From contig NC_135808.1 of assembly GCF_964213995.1 (NCBI RefSeq), forward strand, positions 32,426,001-32,490,000: a DNA stretch of 64,000 nucleotides. Direction: 5' to 3'. The translations under genes were made by a program, and so were the position numbers. The notes under the pieces were generated by a model that was not told where the DNA came from, did no database searches, and saw nothing but the letters and a program-made list of their open reading frames with translations. The DNA is from Mustelus asterias. Lineage: Eukaryota. Shown piece after piece: positions 1 through 11,384 of this stretch (within the stretch, counting starts at the first letter, position 1; every line of letters begins with the position of its first letter).

Positions 1-60
1 GGAATCTTCCTGTGCCATCAGTAGCAGGAAGCTGAGCGGTGAGGTTACTAAATTAGATAG

Positions 61-817
61 GGTCAGTGCTGGGGGTCTGAGTTCAGTGTCCCAGGGGTCA
101 GTGCTGGGGGATTGAGTTCAGTGTCCCAGGGGTCAGTGCTGGGAGATGGATTGAGTTCAGTGTCCCAGGGGTCAGTGCTGGGAGATGGATTGAGTTCAGT
201 GTCCCAGGGGTCAGTGCTGGGAGATGGATTGAGTTCAGTGTCCCAGGGGTCAGTGCTGGGAAATGGATTGAGTTCAGTGTCCCAGGGGTCAGTGCTGGGG
301 GACTGAGTTCCGTGTCCCAGGGGTCAGTGCTGGGGGTCTAAGTTCCGTGTCCCAAGGGTCAGTGCTGGGGGACTGAGTTCAGTGTCCCAGGAGTCAGTGC
401 TGGGGGACTGAGTTCAGTGTCCCAGGGGTCAGTGCTGGGAGATGGATTGAGTTCAGTGTCCCGGGGTCAGTGCTGAGGGATTGAGTTCAGTGTCCCAGGG
501 GTCAGTGCTGGGGGATTGAGTTCAGTGTCCCAGGGGTCAGTGCTGGGGGACTGAGTTCAGTGTCCCAGGGGTCAGTGCTGGGGGACTGAGTTCAGTGTCC
601 CAGGGGTCAGTGCTGGGGGATTGAGTTCAGTGTCCCAGGGGTCAGTGCTGGGGGACTGAGTTCAGTGTCCCAGGGGTCAGTGCTGAGGGATCGAGTTCAG
701 TGTCCCAGGGGTCAGTGCTGGGAGATGGATTGAGTTCAGTGTCCCAGGGGTCAGTGCTGGGGGATGGATTGAGTTCAGTGTCCCAGAGGTCAGTGCTGGG
801 AGATGGATTGAGTTCAG
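61..817. repeat. Minisatellite, 31-35 bp unit (GGGGTCAGTGCTGGGGGA[TGGA]TTGAGTTCAGTGTCCCA), ~23 copies, in intron 2 of gene A
   Basis: Visible tandem units; the same unit occurs reverse-complemented at 49680-50745. Confidence 0.95.
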
Positions 818-863
818 TGTAAGGTTGTACATTGACACGCTGTTTCTCTCTGCCTGATCTTAC

Positions 864-1124
864 CGGATGTCTGGTTTGTGATCTTCAGCACTGTATTCAG
901 ATTCTCCTTCACCATGTCTGAGTGCGAGATCACCAGTTCTGTGATATAGTCCCAGAATTCAGAGTCGATATTTTCAGCCATGAACCTCTGTCTGCGAATG
1001 CAGCGACGGATATTACTGTCACAATATCCTGTTTGGATACCATCGACCACTGCAGTGCTTGTAACCGCAGGAAAATCTTCCATCCCAGAGACAACAGTGT
1101 ACATCACCGTGTGTGTGTTAGTGT
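864..1124 (-). CDS. MHC class I-like gene A, alpha1 exon (87 codons, phase 1/1)
   Basis: TTTCTTTTTACAG acceptor and GTAAGA donor; translates DTNTHTVMYTVVSGMEDFPAVTSTAVVDGIQTGYCDSNIRRCIRRQRFMAENIDSEFWD...KITNQTS(G), with class I hallmarks YxDS, RQ, FW and the NQT sequon; 261 nt like the alpha1 exons of B and C. Confidence 0.92.
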
Positions 1125-1197
1125 CTGTAAAAAGAAACAGTTAAAGGGATTGGTTAATAAACACCGGTCTGATCATCAGAACAATCTCGCTGGACTT

Positions 1198-2200
1198 CAC
1201 CATCCCCCCTCCCCAATCACCACCCCCTCCCCAATCAATCACCACCCCCTCCCCAATCAATCACCACCCCCTCCCCAATCACCACCCCCTCCCCAATCAC
1301 CACCCCCTCCCCAATCACCACCCCCCTCCTCCCGATCACCTCCCCCTCCTCCCAATAATCATCCCCTCCTCCCACCCAATCACCACCCTCCCCAATCACC
1401 ACCTCCTCTCCTCGATCACCACCCCCTCCTCCCAATCACCACTCCATCCTCCCAATCACTACCCCCTCCTCGCAATCACCACCCCCTCCTCCCTGATGAC
1501 CATCCCCACTCCCCAGTCACCATCCCCCTTCCCCAATCACCATCCCCCCCTCCCAATCACCATCCCCCCCTCCCAATCACCATCCCCCCCTCCCAATCAC
1601 CATCCCCCCCTCCCAATCACCATCCCCCCCTCCCAATCACCATCCCCCCCTCCCAATCACCATCCCCCCCTCCCAATCACCATCCCCCCCTCCCAATCAC
1701 CATCCCCCCCTCCCAATCACCATCCCCCCCTCCCAATCACCATCCCCCCCTCCCAATCACCATCCCCCCCTCCCAATCACCATCCCCCCCTCCCAATCAC
1801 CATCCCCCCCTCCCAATCACCATCCCCCCCTCCCAATCACCATCCCCCCCTCCCAATCACCATCCCCCCCTCCCAATCACCATCCCCCCCTCCCAATCAC
1901 CATCCCCCCCTCCCAATCACCATCCCCCCCTCCCAATCACCATCCCCCCCTCCCAATCACCATCCCCCCCCTCTCAATCACCATCCCCCCCCTCTCAATC
2001 ACCATCCCCCCCTCCCAATCACCATCCCCCCCTCCCAATCACCATCCCCCCCCTCCCAATCACCATCCCCCCCTCCCAATCACCACTACCTCTTCCCAAT
2101 CACCACCAGAGCCCCCCGAACACCACCCCCTCCTCAATCACCACCCCCTCCCCAATCACCACCCCCTCCCCAATCACCACCCCTACAGAGCCACCCCCCG
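1198..2200. repeat. C-rich minisatellite, 20-bp core unit CATCCCCCCCTCCCAATCAC, in intron 1 of gene A
   Basis: About 21 perfect copies at ~1531-1970 with degenerate flanks; the Pro-rich ORFs here are artefacts. Confidence 0.95.
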
Positions 2201-2816
2201 AACACCACCCCGAATGGGGCAATGGTCCAGGGCTTGGGACAGTAATATGGTCTGGGAGGCTGTGTAAACGGCCGTCAGTGTCCGCGTACTGGCACAGAGG
2301 ACCGGTGACAAGTGCCGGAAGAAGATAAACGATCTTCTTCAGGCAGGAAGGGTCAGTGTCCATCCCATCCTGACATCGGTCCCGTCTGTCACGCCTGCAA
2401 TGCCGAGCCACCCGCCTGACACTCTGCAGCCTCCCAGCACCCGGCCTCCAACCCCATTCCTCCAACCCCTCTGGCACCCCCAGTCACAACCCCAGACTGC
2501 CGAGGCACAGCCCCAATAAACCCCACCCAATCGCCCCCACCCCCTACACCCTGTGTCCTTACAACCATCAGGTTTTCAATCCCTCCTTTATCCCCACAGG
2601 ATAAAGTGGCCCATAACCACCGGGAGCATGCCAAGACTGGAGGTGGGGTCCCCGAGCTGCATCTCCTCACTACCTTTGAGGAGCGCTATGGAGCTAGCAG
2701 GGGGTGAGGAGAGAATGGTCACTGACAGCCAGGTCGGTGTTCACCATGGAAGTGAGAATTTCCAAAACCCTCGTTCAAATGACTCATTCCAGGTAAGTAG
2801 CATGCTGCCCAGAAAC

Positions 2817-4765
2817 CTGTCCCTTTCTACTTGTATTCCAGTGGAATACAAGGAAAGTAGAAAGAAACTTAAGCAAGGAGTAAGGAGGGCTAAAAGGGGT
2901 CACGAAGAAGCATTGGCCAGCAGGATTAAGGAAAATCCCAAGACTTTTTATACATATGTATGGAGCAAGACGGTAGCCAGGGAGAGGGTTGGCCCACTCA
3001 AGGACCAGGGAGGGAATCTATGCGTGGAGCCAGAGGAAATGGATGAGGTATTAAATGAGTACCTTGCATCAGTATTCAACAAAGAGAAGGACTTGGTGGA
3101 TGATGAGTCTGGGAAAAGATGTGTAGTTTGAGTCATGTTGAGATCAAAAAGGAGGGGTTATTGGGGTTCTTGAGAAACATTAAGGTAGACAAGTCCCCAG
3201 GGCCTGATGGGATATACCCCAGAATACTGAGAGAGGCAAGGGAGGAAGTGGCTGGGGCCTTGAGAGAAATCTTTGAATCCTCACTGGCTACAGAGGAGGT
3301 CCAGAGGATTGGAGAATAGCCAATGTTGTTCCTTTGTTTAAGAAGGGTCGCAAGAATAATCCAGGTAATTACAGGCCGGTGAGCCTGACATCAGTGGTAG
3401 GGAAATTATTGGAGAGGATTCTTTGAGACAGGATTTATTCCCACTTGGAAATAAGTGGACTTAGTAGTGAGAGGCAACATGGTTTTGTGAAGGGGAGGTT
3501 GTATCTCACTAACTTGATCGAGTTTTTCAAGGAAGTGACGAAGATGATTGATGAGGGTAGGACAGTGGATGTTGTCTACATGGACTTCAGTAAGGCCTTT
3601 GACAAGGTCCCTCATGGCAGACTGGTACAGAAGGTGAAGTCGCATGGGATCAGAGGTGAGCTGGCAAGGTGGATACAAAATTGGCTCGGTCAAAGAAGAC
3701 AGAAGGTAACAGTGGAAGAGTGTGTTTCTGAATGGAGGGCTGTGACAAGTGGTGTTCCTCAGGGATCAGTGCTGGGATGTTTGCTGTTTGTAATATATAT
3801 AAATGATTTGGAGGAAAATGTAACTGGTTTGATTAGTAAGTTTACGGAAGACACAAAGATTGGTGGTTTTGCGGATTGCGAAGAGGACCATCAGAGGATC
3901 CAGCAGGATATACATAAGTTGGAGACTTGGGCGGAGAGAAGGCAGATGGAGTTTAATCCGGACAAATGTGAGGTAATACATTTTGGAAGGTCTAATACAG
4001 ATAGGAAATATACAGTAAATGGCAGAACCCTTAAGAGTATTGATAGGCAAAGGGATCTGGGTGTACAGGTACACAGGTCACTGAAAGTGGCAATGCAGGT
4101 GGAGAAGGTAGTCAAGAAGGCATATGGCATGCTTGCCATCATCGGCCGTGGCATTGAGTTTAAAAATTGGCAAGTCATGTTGCAGCTTTATAGAACATTA
4201 GTTAGGCCACACTTGGAGTATAGTGTTCAATTCGGGTCGCCACACTACCAGAAGGATGTGGAGGCTTTGGAGAGGGTACAGAAAAGATTTACCAGGATGT
4301 TGCCTGGTATGGAGGGCATTAGCTATGAGGAGAGGTTGGAGAAACTTGGTTTGTTCTCACTGGAGCGACGGAGGTTGAGAGGTGACCTGATAGAAGTCTA
4401 CAAGATTATGAGAGGCATGGACAGAGTGGATAGTCAGAAGCTTTTTCCCAGGGTGGAAGAATCAATTACTAGGGGGCACAGGTTTAAGGTGCGAGGGGCA
4501 AGGTTTAAAGGAGATGTACGAGGGAGATTTTTTTTTACACAGAGAGCAGTGGGTGCCTGGAACCCATTGCCAGGGGAGGTAGTGGAAGCGAATACGGTCG
4601 TGACTTTCAAGGGGCGTCTTGACAAATACATGAAAAGCACGGAAATAGAGGGATATGGTCCCCGGAAGGGTAGGGGGTTTTAGTTCAGTCAGGCAGCCTG
4701 GTCGGTGGAGGCCTGGAGGGCCGAAGGGCCTGTTCCTGTGCTGTAATTTTCTTTGTGCTTTGTTC
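2817..4765 (+). mobile_element. CR1 LINE, 5'-truncated ORF2 (RT)
   Basis: KSPGPDG, QHGF, DFSKAFDKVPH, GVPQGSVLG and RPHLEY motifs; RT motif FADD mutated to FTED; frameshifts. Confidence 0.95.
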
Positions 4766-6039
4766 TATTGCACTGAACCTTGTGTCATCTGTTACAGGAA
4801 ATGATCCAGATGCATCAGACCCTTCAGGATTCGCCACCCCCCCCCCCCCCCCCCCCCCTCCACTCCTCCTAAGATGCACATGGCAGCTCGAAGAAAACCC
4901 TGGGAGGAAGTCCCCGAGGAAATCGCCAAGCTTAGCACTAGTCAATCGACACCAGCTTCCACCACACAATCCACCAGCGCAGATACCGTCACCTCAGTGG
5001 GACAAGTTAGTGGTGAGGCTTCTGGGTCACTATCTGGTGGGCACGACACAGCCGTGGATCTACATCGGGTGAAGGCGGAAACATCGAGGGCTCGGGCACA
5101 CGGAGTTCTTCCGGAGCGAAGGATGCATCTGGCCCCAAGCCAAGTGCTCGGCCTCTGGGATCGATCATCTCGAAACTGCTGGAGATGCATCAACAGAATT
5201 GGGCAATGGTGGAGGGGCTGTCAGCATCACTGCATCAACTGTGAGGCTTTTGGAGGAGTCCAACTGATTTCTGTCACAGGAGGTGGTACCGGCACAGTGT
5301 GGTACCCAGGCTAACACTGCAAGGGTCGCGTCCGCAGTGGGAAGCCTGGGGCAGGGATTGGTTGCCATGGTTGACAGGGTGCAGGCCATCCTGGAGACAC
5401 AGCCATGGCTGCGGGCATCAAACTTAGTCCAGTCTCAGGGGGCATCGCTGAGGGCTTGCAAACCATGGGGCAGACGTTGTTGGGACTCCAGGACTGGCAG
5501 AGCCAGGTGATGCCAAGGCTTCTGGAGATGACTCCAGCTGTCCCACCATCCCATGGAGTGTCCCCGGTACATATGGGCACACTGAGGGAGGAGGAAGACT
5601 TGGAGCCCATGCTGGGGCCTTCCAGCCGGGAGAGACCAGACATCCCGAGACCTTCTGATTCCATCCCCCTCCCTTCCTGACACCGGAGCATCTCACGGGC
5701 AGCAGGGTGAACAGGGTGGCACGGCTACATCAGTGTCATCCACAAGTCAGCCGGGAACCTCCAGGTCTCGGCCCCCCCAGGGGACACCCACCAAGGGGAT
5801 CACAGGCCACGGGGCGTGGAATGCAGTCGGGTGCCTCCCCGTCCAATGTGCATCCTGAGGGGTCACCCAGGTGCAGTCATAGGCCTTGTAAAATTCAGAA
5901 GTTCTCGTGTCATCAGGAGGGCAGAAGTTAAGGTCTGCACCAGTCAGAAAAAGGACACGAGACCCTGTTTAGAATGAGATACACTTGTTATATTGCACAA
6001 TTAAATATCATCCCTTCATATTATTTGCACTGTTAGTTT

Positions 6040-7280
6040 CACCAAGAAATATGATTGCCCCCCCAGCTGTGACTAATCTTTCTGTGATTCCTGCCCCACA
6101 GGGGTGACCCTATCCTGACCGCACGCAAAGAGGCGCAGAACGTCATGCTGTGTGACAGAGGCCCTTCGGCCAGTAGGCACAGACGGCCTGCCCTGGTATC
6201 TCCAGTACTCACCGCACCCTGTGCCAACTGCCCCCCCCCCAACCCCCCCTCCCCCCCGCCCCTTCCCCCACTCCCCCCCGCCCCTCCCTCCCCAACAGGG
6301 CTTTGTTCCCCCCGTTAACCCCACACAGCCCATTGCCTGCACGTTTATGTCCGAGACCCACACTCAGACGTGTGCCCAGGTGCCAGTGTGGATAGAGAGG
6401 GCAGGTAGGATTCAGACTTGTGTGGCACCAGGGCAGCATCACAGTTTGCCGCATAGTGAGCCATCATCACCCTCCTGCCTGGACCAAGGACTCGCTAGCA
6501 TGCCCAGCCCTCTCCCATCACCTTGGTGTGATGCCATTTGGACCCTTGTACCCCACCAGCCATCCCGACAGCCTGAGCTGGTCCTCAAAGAGCCCGGGGA
6601 TGTCCGAACTCCGGAGGATGTAGCTGTTGTGCCCACTCCCTGGGTGTTGTGCACAGATGTGCATGATATTCAGCCTGTGGTCACGGACAATCTGCACATT
6701 CAGGGAGTGGAACCCCTTCCTATTGATGAAGCGCAGTCCCTGATCATGCAGTGTCCGCTGGACAATGTGAGTGCCACCTACAGCCCTCTGCACATGGGGC
6801 AGTCCAGTGATGGTGGCGAAGCCTGCAGTCCGGGCTTCCTGTTGGGCCTGGCCCATGTTGAAGTGGATGTAATTGGCTGGACGCCTGGAAGGACCTGGTG
6901 GTGTAGAGGTTGAGGGCACCGTGACCTTCACTGCCAACGGGAATGGGTGTCCTCCTGTCCCTCGAGTTGCCAGGTCTGAGGACCTGAAACAGGTGCCGCA
7001 CTGTCTCCTTACTTAGACGGAGCCTGCGGCAACATGTGGCTTCCATCATCCCTGTGAAGGATCTGCAAGTCCTGTACGCCCTGAGCCTCCACCTTCCCCT
7101 GCCCCCCCTCCCCTGTGGGAGGATGCGCTGCCATGTCCTGGCCCTGACCGGCAGCCCCCTGCCCTCCTGCTGTGGCTTCTGGCTCTGTTTGGCCTTGAGT
7201 GGCCGGACATCTCCCTCCTCCTCCCTCCTCAGTGGCCGCTGCAATGATGGCCATTTCTATCACTGCCAATCCAAAATCCA
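6040..7280 (-). pseudogene. Harbinger transposase remnant (HARBI1-like)
   Basis: RLRLSKETV, RAVGGTH (normally GAIDGTH), NRKGFHSLNVQIV, PGSGHNS, LVGYKG; catalytic Asp residues mutated and frameshifted. Confidence 0.85.
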
Positions 7281-7944
7281 TATCTACACTGCGCAGGGGG
7301 GGGAGGGGGGGGGGGGGGGGGAGCAAGTTGTATAGTGACAGGGAGATAGAAATATTTAGTCCAGTTATCCACCCCAGGCCCCCCACCCCCTCCCAGTAAC
7401 CAGCATCCCCATGAGGCTGGGCGCTGGCAACTCAACACGGTGCCATGCGTCATCTGAATGGGTTGCCTACCATTGACATCCTGGCCACAGCAGGCAGGGA
7501 GGGCATAGGGTTGGGTTTGCCAGGCTGCCCATTGCGGACCCTTGAGGCATGGGCATGGGTGCTATCACCGCAGTGCCTTCCAGGTACGTGTTGCATTTCA
7601 GACAGTCGGGGTAGGGGCAGCCTCGTGACTATCACGGGATAGGTTCCTATTTCAGTGCAGAGTCCATGCAGTGTGAGGAGCCGTGTTAACACCGGCACAG
7701 CCCCTGTGCTTGGAGCAGCAGCTGACAGAGCTGCTGTCTGTTACTGTTAGTGGGGCCTGGGATACAAGGTCTGGGGTCAGCCACAGAGCCCGTCCAGCAG
7801 ACAGAAAGCAGAACAATCAGGTGGATATTTGTGGGTTGGTGGTGAACATCATGTGGCACCCTTCGGGGGTCTCTGTGTAGCCAGGGGCAACGCGTGCACC
7901 ATGAACCTGCTGCAAGTGGCGGCTCCCAGCACTGGTCCCCCACA

Positions 7945-8290
7945 GGGGAGGTGGTGGTGTAGTGACATTGTCGCTGGACTAATCCAGAGACCCAGGGGAA
8001 TACTCTGGGTACCTGGGTTCAAATCCCACCAAGGCAGATGGTGAAAATTGAATTCAATAGAAGTCTGGAATTAAAAATCTAATGGTGACCACGAAACTAT
8101 TATCTATTGTCGCAAATACCCATCTTGTTCACCAGTGTCCTTTAGGGAAGGAAATCTGCCGTCCTTACCTGGTCTGGCCTACATGTGACTCCAGACCCAC
8201 AGCAATGTGGTCGAGTCTTAAATGCTCTCAGGAATGGGTAATAAATGCTGGCCCAGCCAGTGACACCCACATCCCATGAACGATTAAGAA
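7945..8290 (+). mobile_element. tRNA-derived SINE (second family)
   Basis: A-box-like GGTGGTGTAGTG and B-box GGTTCAAATCC followed by a LINE-like tail. Confidence 0.65.
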
Positions 8291-8699
8291 AGACCCCCAG
8301 CACCCAGGCAAACCCCCCACCCCACCCAGCAACATTGCAGCACCCGAGTATCCCGTGCCCCCTCCCCCTGAACTCCGGGGGCTGCCGCTCAATGGGACTT
8401 ACCTCCTCACTCTCCTTCGCGACTGCTGCGCCAGCCCCAGACTTTTATAAACCATCTGTGATTCACGCTGGAGTGACGTCACGCTGGAGAGGAGGGAAAG
8501 GTACGGGAGGGGGAAAAGGGCCGAGCCAAACTCTAATGATATGGAAACCTATCCAAATGCATGGAAATTGACATCCCGCCGGAAAAAATGGCCCGGGAGA
8601 ATCCCGAATCCCGACGCCAGGCACAAATTCCATTGTTCGGCTCACGTCCTATTTCCCTGCCCCACTACACCAACCAACCAGTGCAGCAGAGTGGAAAGA

Positions 8700-8990
8700 T
8701 CACAGCACCAAGGACCCGGGTTCAATTCCCGGCTTGGGTCACTGTCTGTGTGGAGTTTGCATGTTCTCCCCGTGTCTGCGTGGGTTTCCTCCGGGTGCTC
8801 CGGTTTCCTCCCACAGTCCAAAATCTGCGGGTTAGTGGATGGCCATGGTAAATTGCCCCTTAGTGTCAGGGGTACTAGCTAGGGTTAATGCATGGGGTTA
8901 TGGGGATAAGGCCTGGGTGGGATTGTGATCGGTGCAGACTTGATGGGCCGAATGGCCGCCTTCTGCACTGTCGGGATTCTATGATTCTAC
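8700..8990 (+). mobile_element. tRNA-derived SINE (HE1-like)
   Basis: B box GGTTCAATTCC, core CTGTGTGGAGTTTGCATGTTCTCCCCGTG, TTCTATG tail; about nine copies in the window. Confidence 0.88.
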
Positions 8991-10115
8991 GAGGGGGATG
9001 GACAATCCAGAGCAGGATCTCCACTGTCCTTCACAGAGCTTTTTAATCCCCCTTTATACACACTCACGAGCATACCCTCAGTTTGGAAAAGTCTAGGAAT
9101 CACCAGGCAGGAATATTCCAATTTAAATTTCACTCCCAGCTGTGGCTGCCTGGAAACACTCTCACCTCTGACTCAGAATGTTCTGGATTGAAGCTCCCAT
9201 TCCAGAGACTGGGCTGCACACGCAGTGTATTACTGACAGAGTGCTGCACTGTCAGAGGATCAGTCCTGAGGGAGAACTTTCCTCCCCAGATTAATGTAAT
9301 ATATCCCGGGACAGAGCAGGGAGATCATAAACTGGATCAGTACTGATCCCTGAGACAACATCATTCATGTAGATTGTCTAATCAGAGGAACATTGCTGTT
9401 TGTGGGATCTTGCTGTGCACACAATTAGCTGCTGAGTTTCCTGCACCATAACAGTGAGGACACTAGAAAAAAATATTTCATTGGCTGGAAAGAGCTTTGG
9501 TGCATCCTGAGGTTGTGAAAGGTCAAAGTCTTTCTGTGTCTGCTTTCTCTCTCTCACACCTTTTGTAAAAATACACTGGTAACTTTGGAATCTAACAGCA
9601 CTGCTCCCAAATCAAGGGACGGATTTTAATTTGTTCTCTGTTGCTGATATTTTATCTTTTCCTCTCTGGTGATAATTAGCACAGAGTATTTGGTTCATAA
9701 ATCTCCCCTGTTATCTACAGCTCTGCCTGTCACGCTTTAATGGTTCCGTATCTCCCACAGTCACTCATTTACTGTTAATATATTTCTATAAACTTTTACT
9801 ATTCGCCTTTATATGACCTGAACTTTTTCCCCACGTCCCTTATCGCAATCCTCAATTTAATCTTCCTGTTCCTCTGTTGTTCCCTCTGTTTCTGGATCTT
9901 TCCATTTTAATTGCTCCATGTTTCTCTGATCTGGGTGTTTTGAACATACAAACTTGGAGCAGGAGTAGGCCATTCGGCCCCTCGAGTCTGCTCTGCCATT
10001 CTGTGGCTGATGTGATTGTGGTCTGAACTCTACTTTCCTCTTTATCTCCCCTGTCAGTCATAATGTTATCTAACAGTTATATCTGACAGATACATAACAG
10101 CGTCTGAGCAAATAT

Positions 10116-10796
10116 TGTAAGGAATAATCATTAAGACAACATATATTGGAAGGAATAATTATTCGGACAAGTAGGAGATAATAATTAACATAGAAGAGAT
10201 AATCACTACTTAAGAAGCTCTCATATATCACATATCTTATTCAGCATATACTTGTACCCTTTTAAGTGCACAATACCTTACCAGGTCAGTACACATGGAT
10301 ACTCACATAAATGAACATAAAGGCTAAAAGAAGTCAAGCAAACACACAGAAGCTGAAAGTAATTTCTTAAATAAACGTGAGAAAGTAAAAAGACTTGGAT
10401 GCCCTACAATGGTTGAACAAACAACAACCTTGGCTGATTAGACAATAAACTTCAGATAAGAAGGCAAGATGTAACCACAATGATATCATAGCACATTTAT
10501 TAGTGACCAATCAGAAAGAAGGCAGATAACGTAGGTCTCGTAAACCATGGTGGCTAACGAAAAGTGGCCTTGGGGTCTGCAACAAAAAAACCTTGACTGT
10601 AAGATAAGAATGATGAAATATGAAGCTAAATGTGTATAAAAAGGACTGTGAGAGCACTGGTTTTTTGGATTCATCTGGAAATCCCGGCTTTATTGAAATG
10701 TATTAGCTAATAAAGCCTTGCTGCCTGGAAGATCAAGACTCAGACTCTCTATTCTGATTGATGAACTCTTCTTGCCGTCCACGGGGAACCACGGCA
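10116..10796 (+). mobile_element. Solo LTR (681 bp) in intron 1 of gene A
   Basis: TG...CA ends, 4-bp TSD ATAT (10112-10115 and 10797-10800), TATAAAA ~10635, AATAAA ~10709; empty site present in gene B (~40850-40865) and gene C. Confidence 0.88.
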
Positions 10797-10889
10797 ATAT
10801 CACCCATTTCAAACTCTCACCAAAAGATTCAAATTCACCCCAGAGAGAGAGAGAGAGAGTGAGAATGGAAAAGTGAATTCTGTACTTAC

Positions 10890-10941
10890 CGGGAGAGACC
10901 CAGGAAAAACACAGGGAGATGGAGAAAAGGATCAGCAACAT
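10890..10941 (-). CDS. MHC class I-like gene A, leader exon (MLLILFSISLCFSWVSP, phase 1)
   Basis: ATG at 10941, hydrophobic signal peptide, G|GTAAGT donor; identical to the leaders of B and C. Confidence 0.9.
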
Positions 10942-11140
10942 TCTGGGAATCCACTGTCCCAATTCCAATCAGTGACTGCGAATTAAACACTCTGAGGATG
11001 AAACAACTTTATAAACTGAGGAGAAACATGAAAAAAACAAAAATTTTATCCAGACTCCATTTTCCTGTCTCAGTCGGACTTAGCTCATTTCCTGATTGCA
11101 GAAGCAGAGGATGACTGATTGGTTAGTCTCAGAAAATTAA

Positions 11141-11204
11141 CCAATTAAAGAGATAAACAGCCAGCCTGTCACTAGTTACCAGGAAGATCAAACTCGTTCA
11201 GGTT
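11141..11204 (-). promoter_or_regulatory. SXY promoter module of gene A
   Basis: Sense strand AACCT-16 bp-CCTGGTAAC-TAGTGACA-21 bp-ATTGG; second CCAAT downstream; IRF-like AAAGTGAAAC at 11245-11254. Confidence 0.8.
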
Positions 11205-11384
11205 CAGGCTGAAAAAAATCTAATCTTTACCCAGCACCTTGCACAAAGTGAAACCTCCCCAAGGACAGCTTTATAAAACAAAGATTGACCCAGAGACACA
11301 CACAGCTCAATGCACAAAAACTGTCTCCAAATTCCAGGGTTGAAGGAGTGTTTTAAAGACAGGCTGCAGAGGGGTGTAGGGAGG

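Larger units (their letters stand above)
2200..8706. mobile_element. Degenerate PIF/Harbinger DNA transposon (convergent Myb/SANT gene and transposase) with nested CR1 and SINE
   Basis: Plus-strand Myb/SANT-type remnants QRTGDKCRKKINDLL (~2294-2340) and DKVAHNHREHAKTGGGVPELHLLTTFEE (~2600-2685) with splice sites; minus-strand HARBI1-like transposase remnant; boundaries approximate. Confidence 0.75.

Noticed and set aside
61-817. Similarity to Ig switch-region pentamers or nuclear receptor half-sites (GGGTCA, AGTTCA)
   Set aside because: No AGCT hotspots and the spacing is not a canonical response element; unsupported
922-2328. 468-aa proline-rich extensin-like ORF
   Set aside because: Translation of the C-rich 20-bp minisatellite, antisense to the real alpha1 exon
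6518-6937. Domesticated HARBI1 gene
   Set aside because: Frameshifted, catalytic residues mutated, and paired with a Myb/SANT remnant as in a transposon
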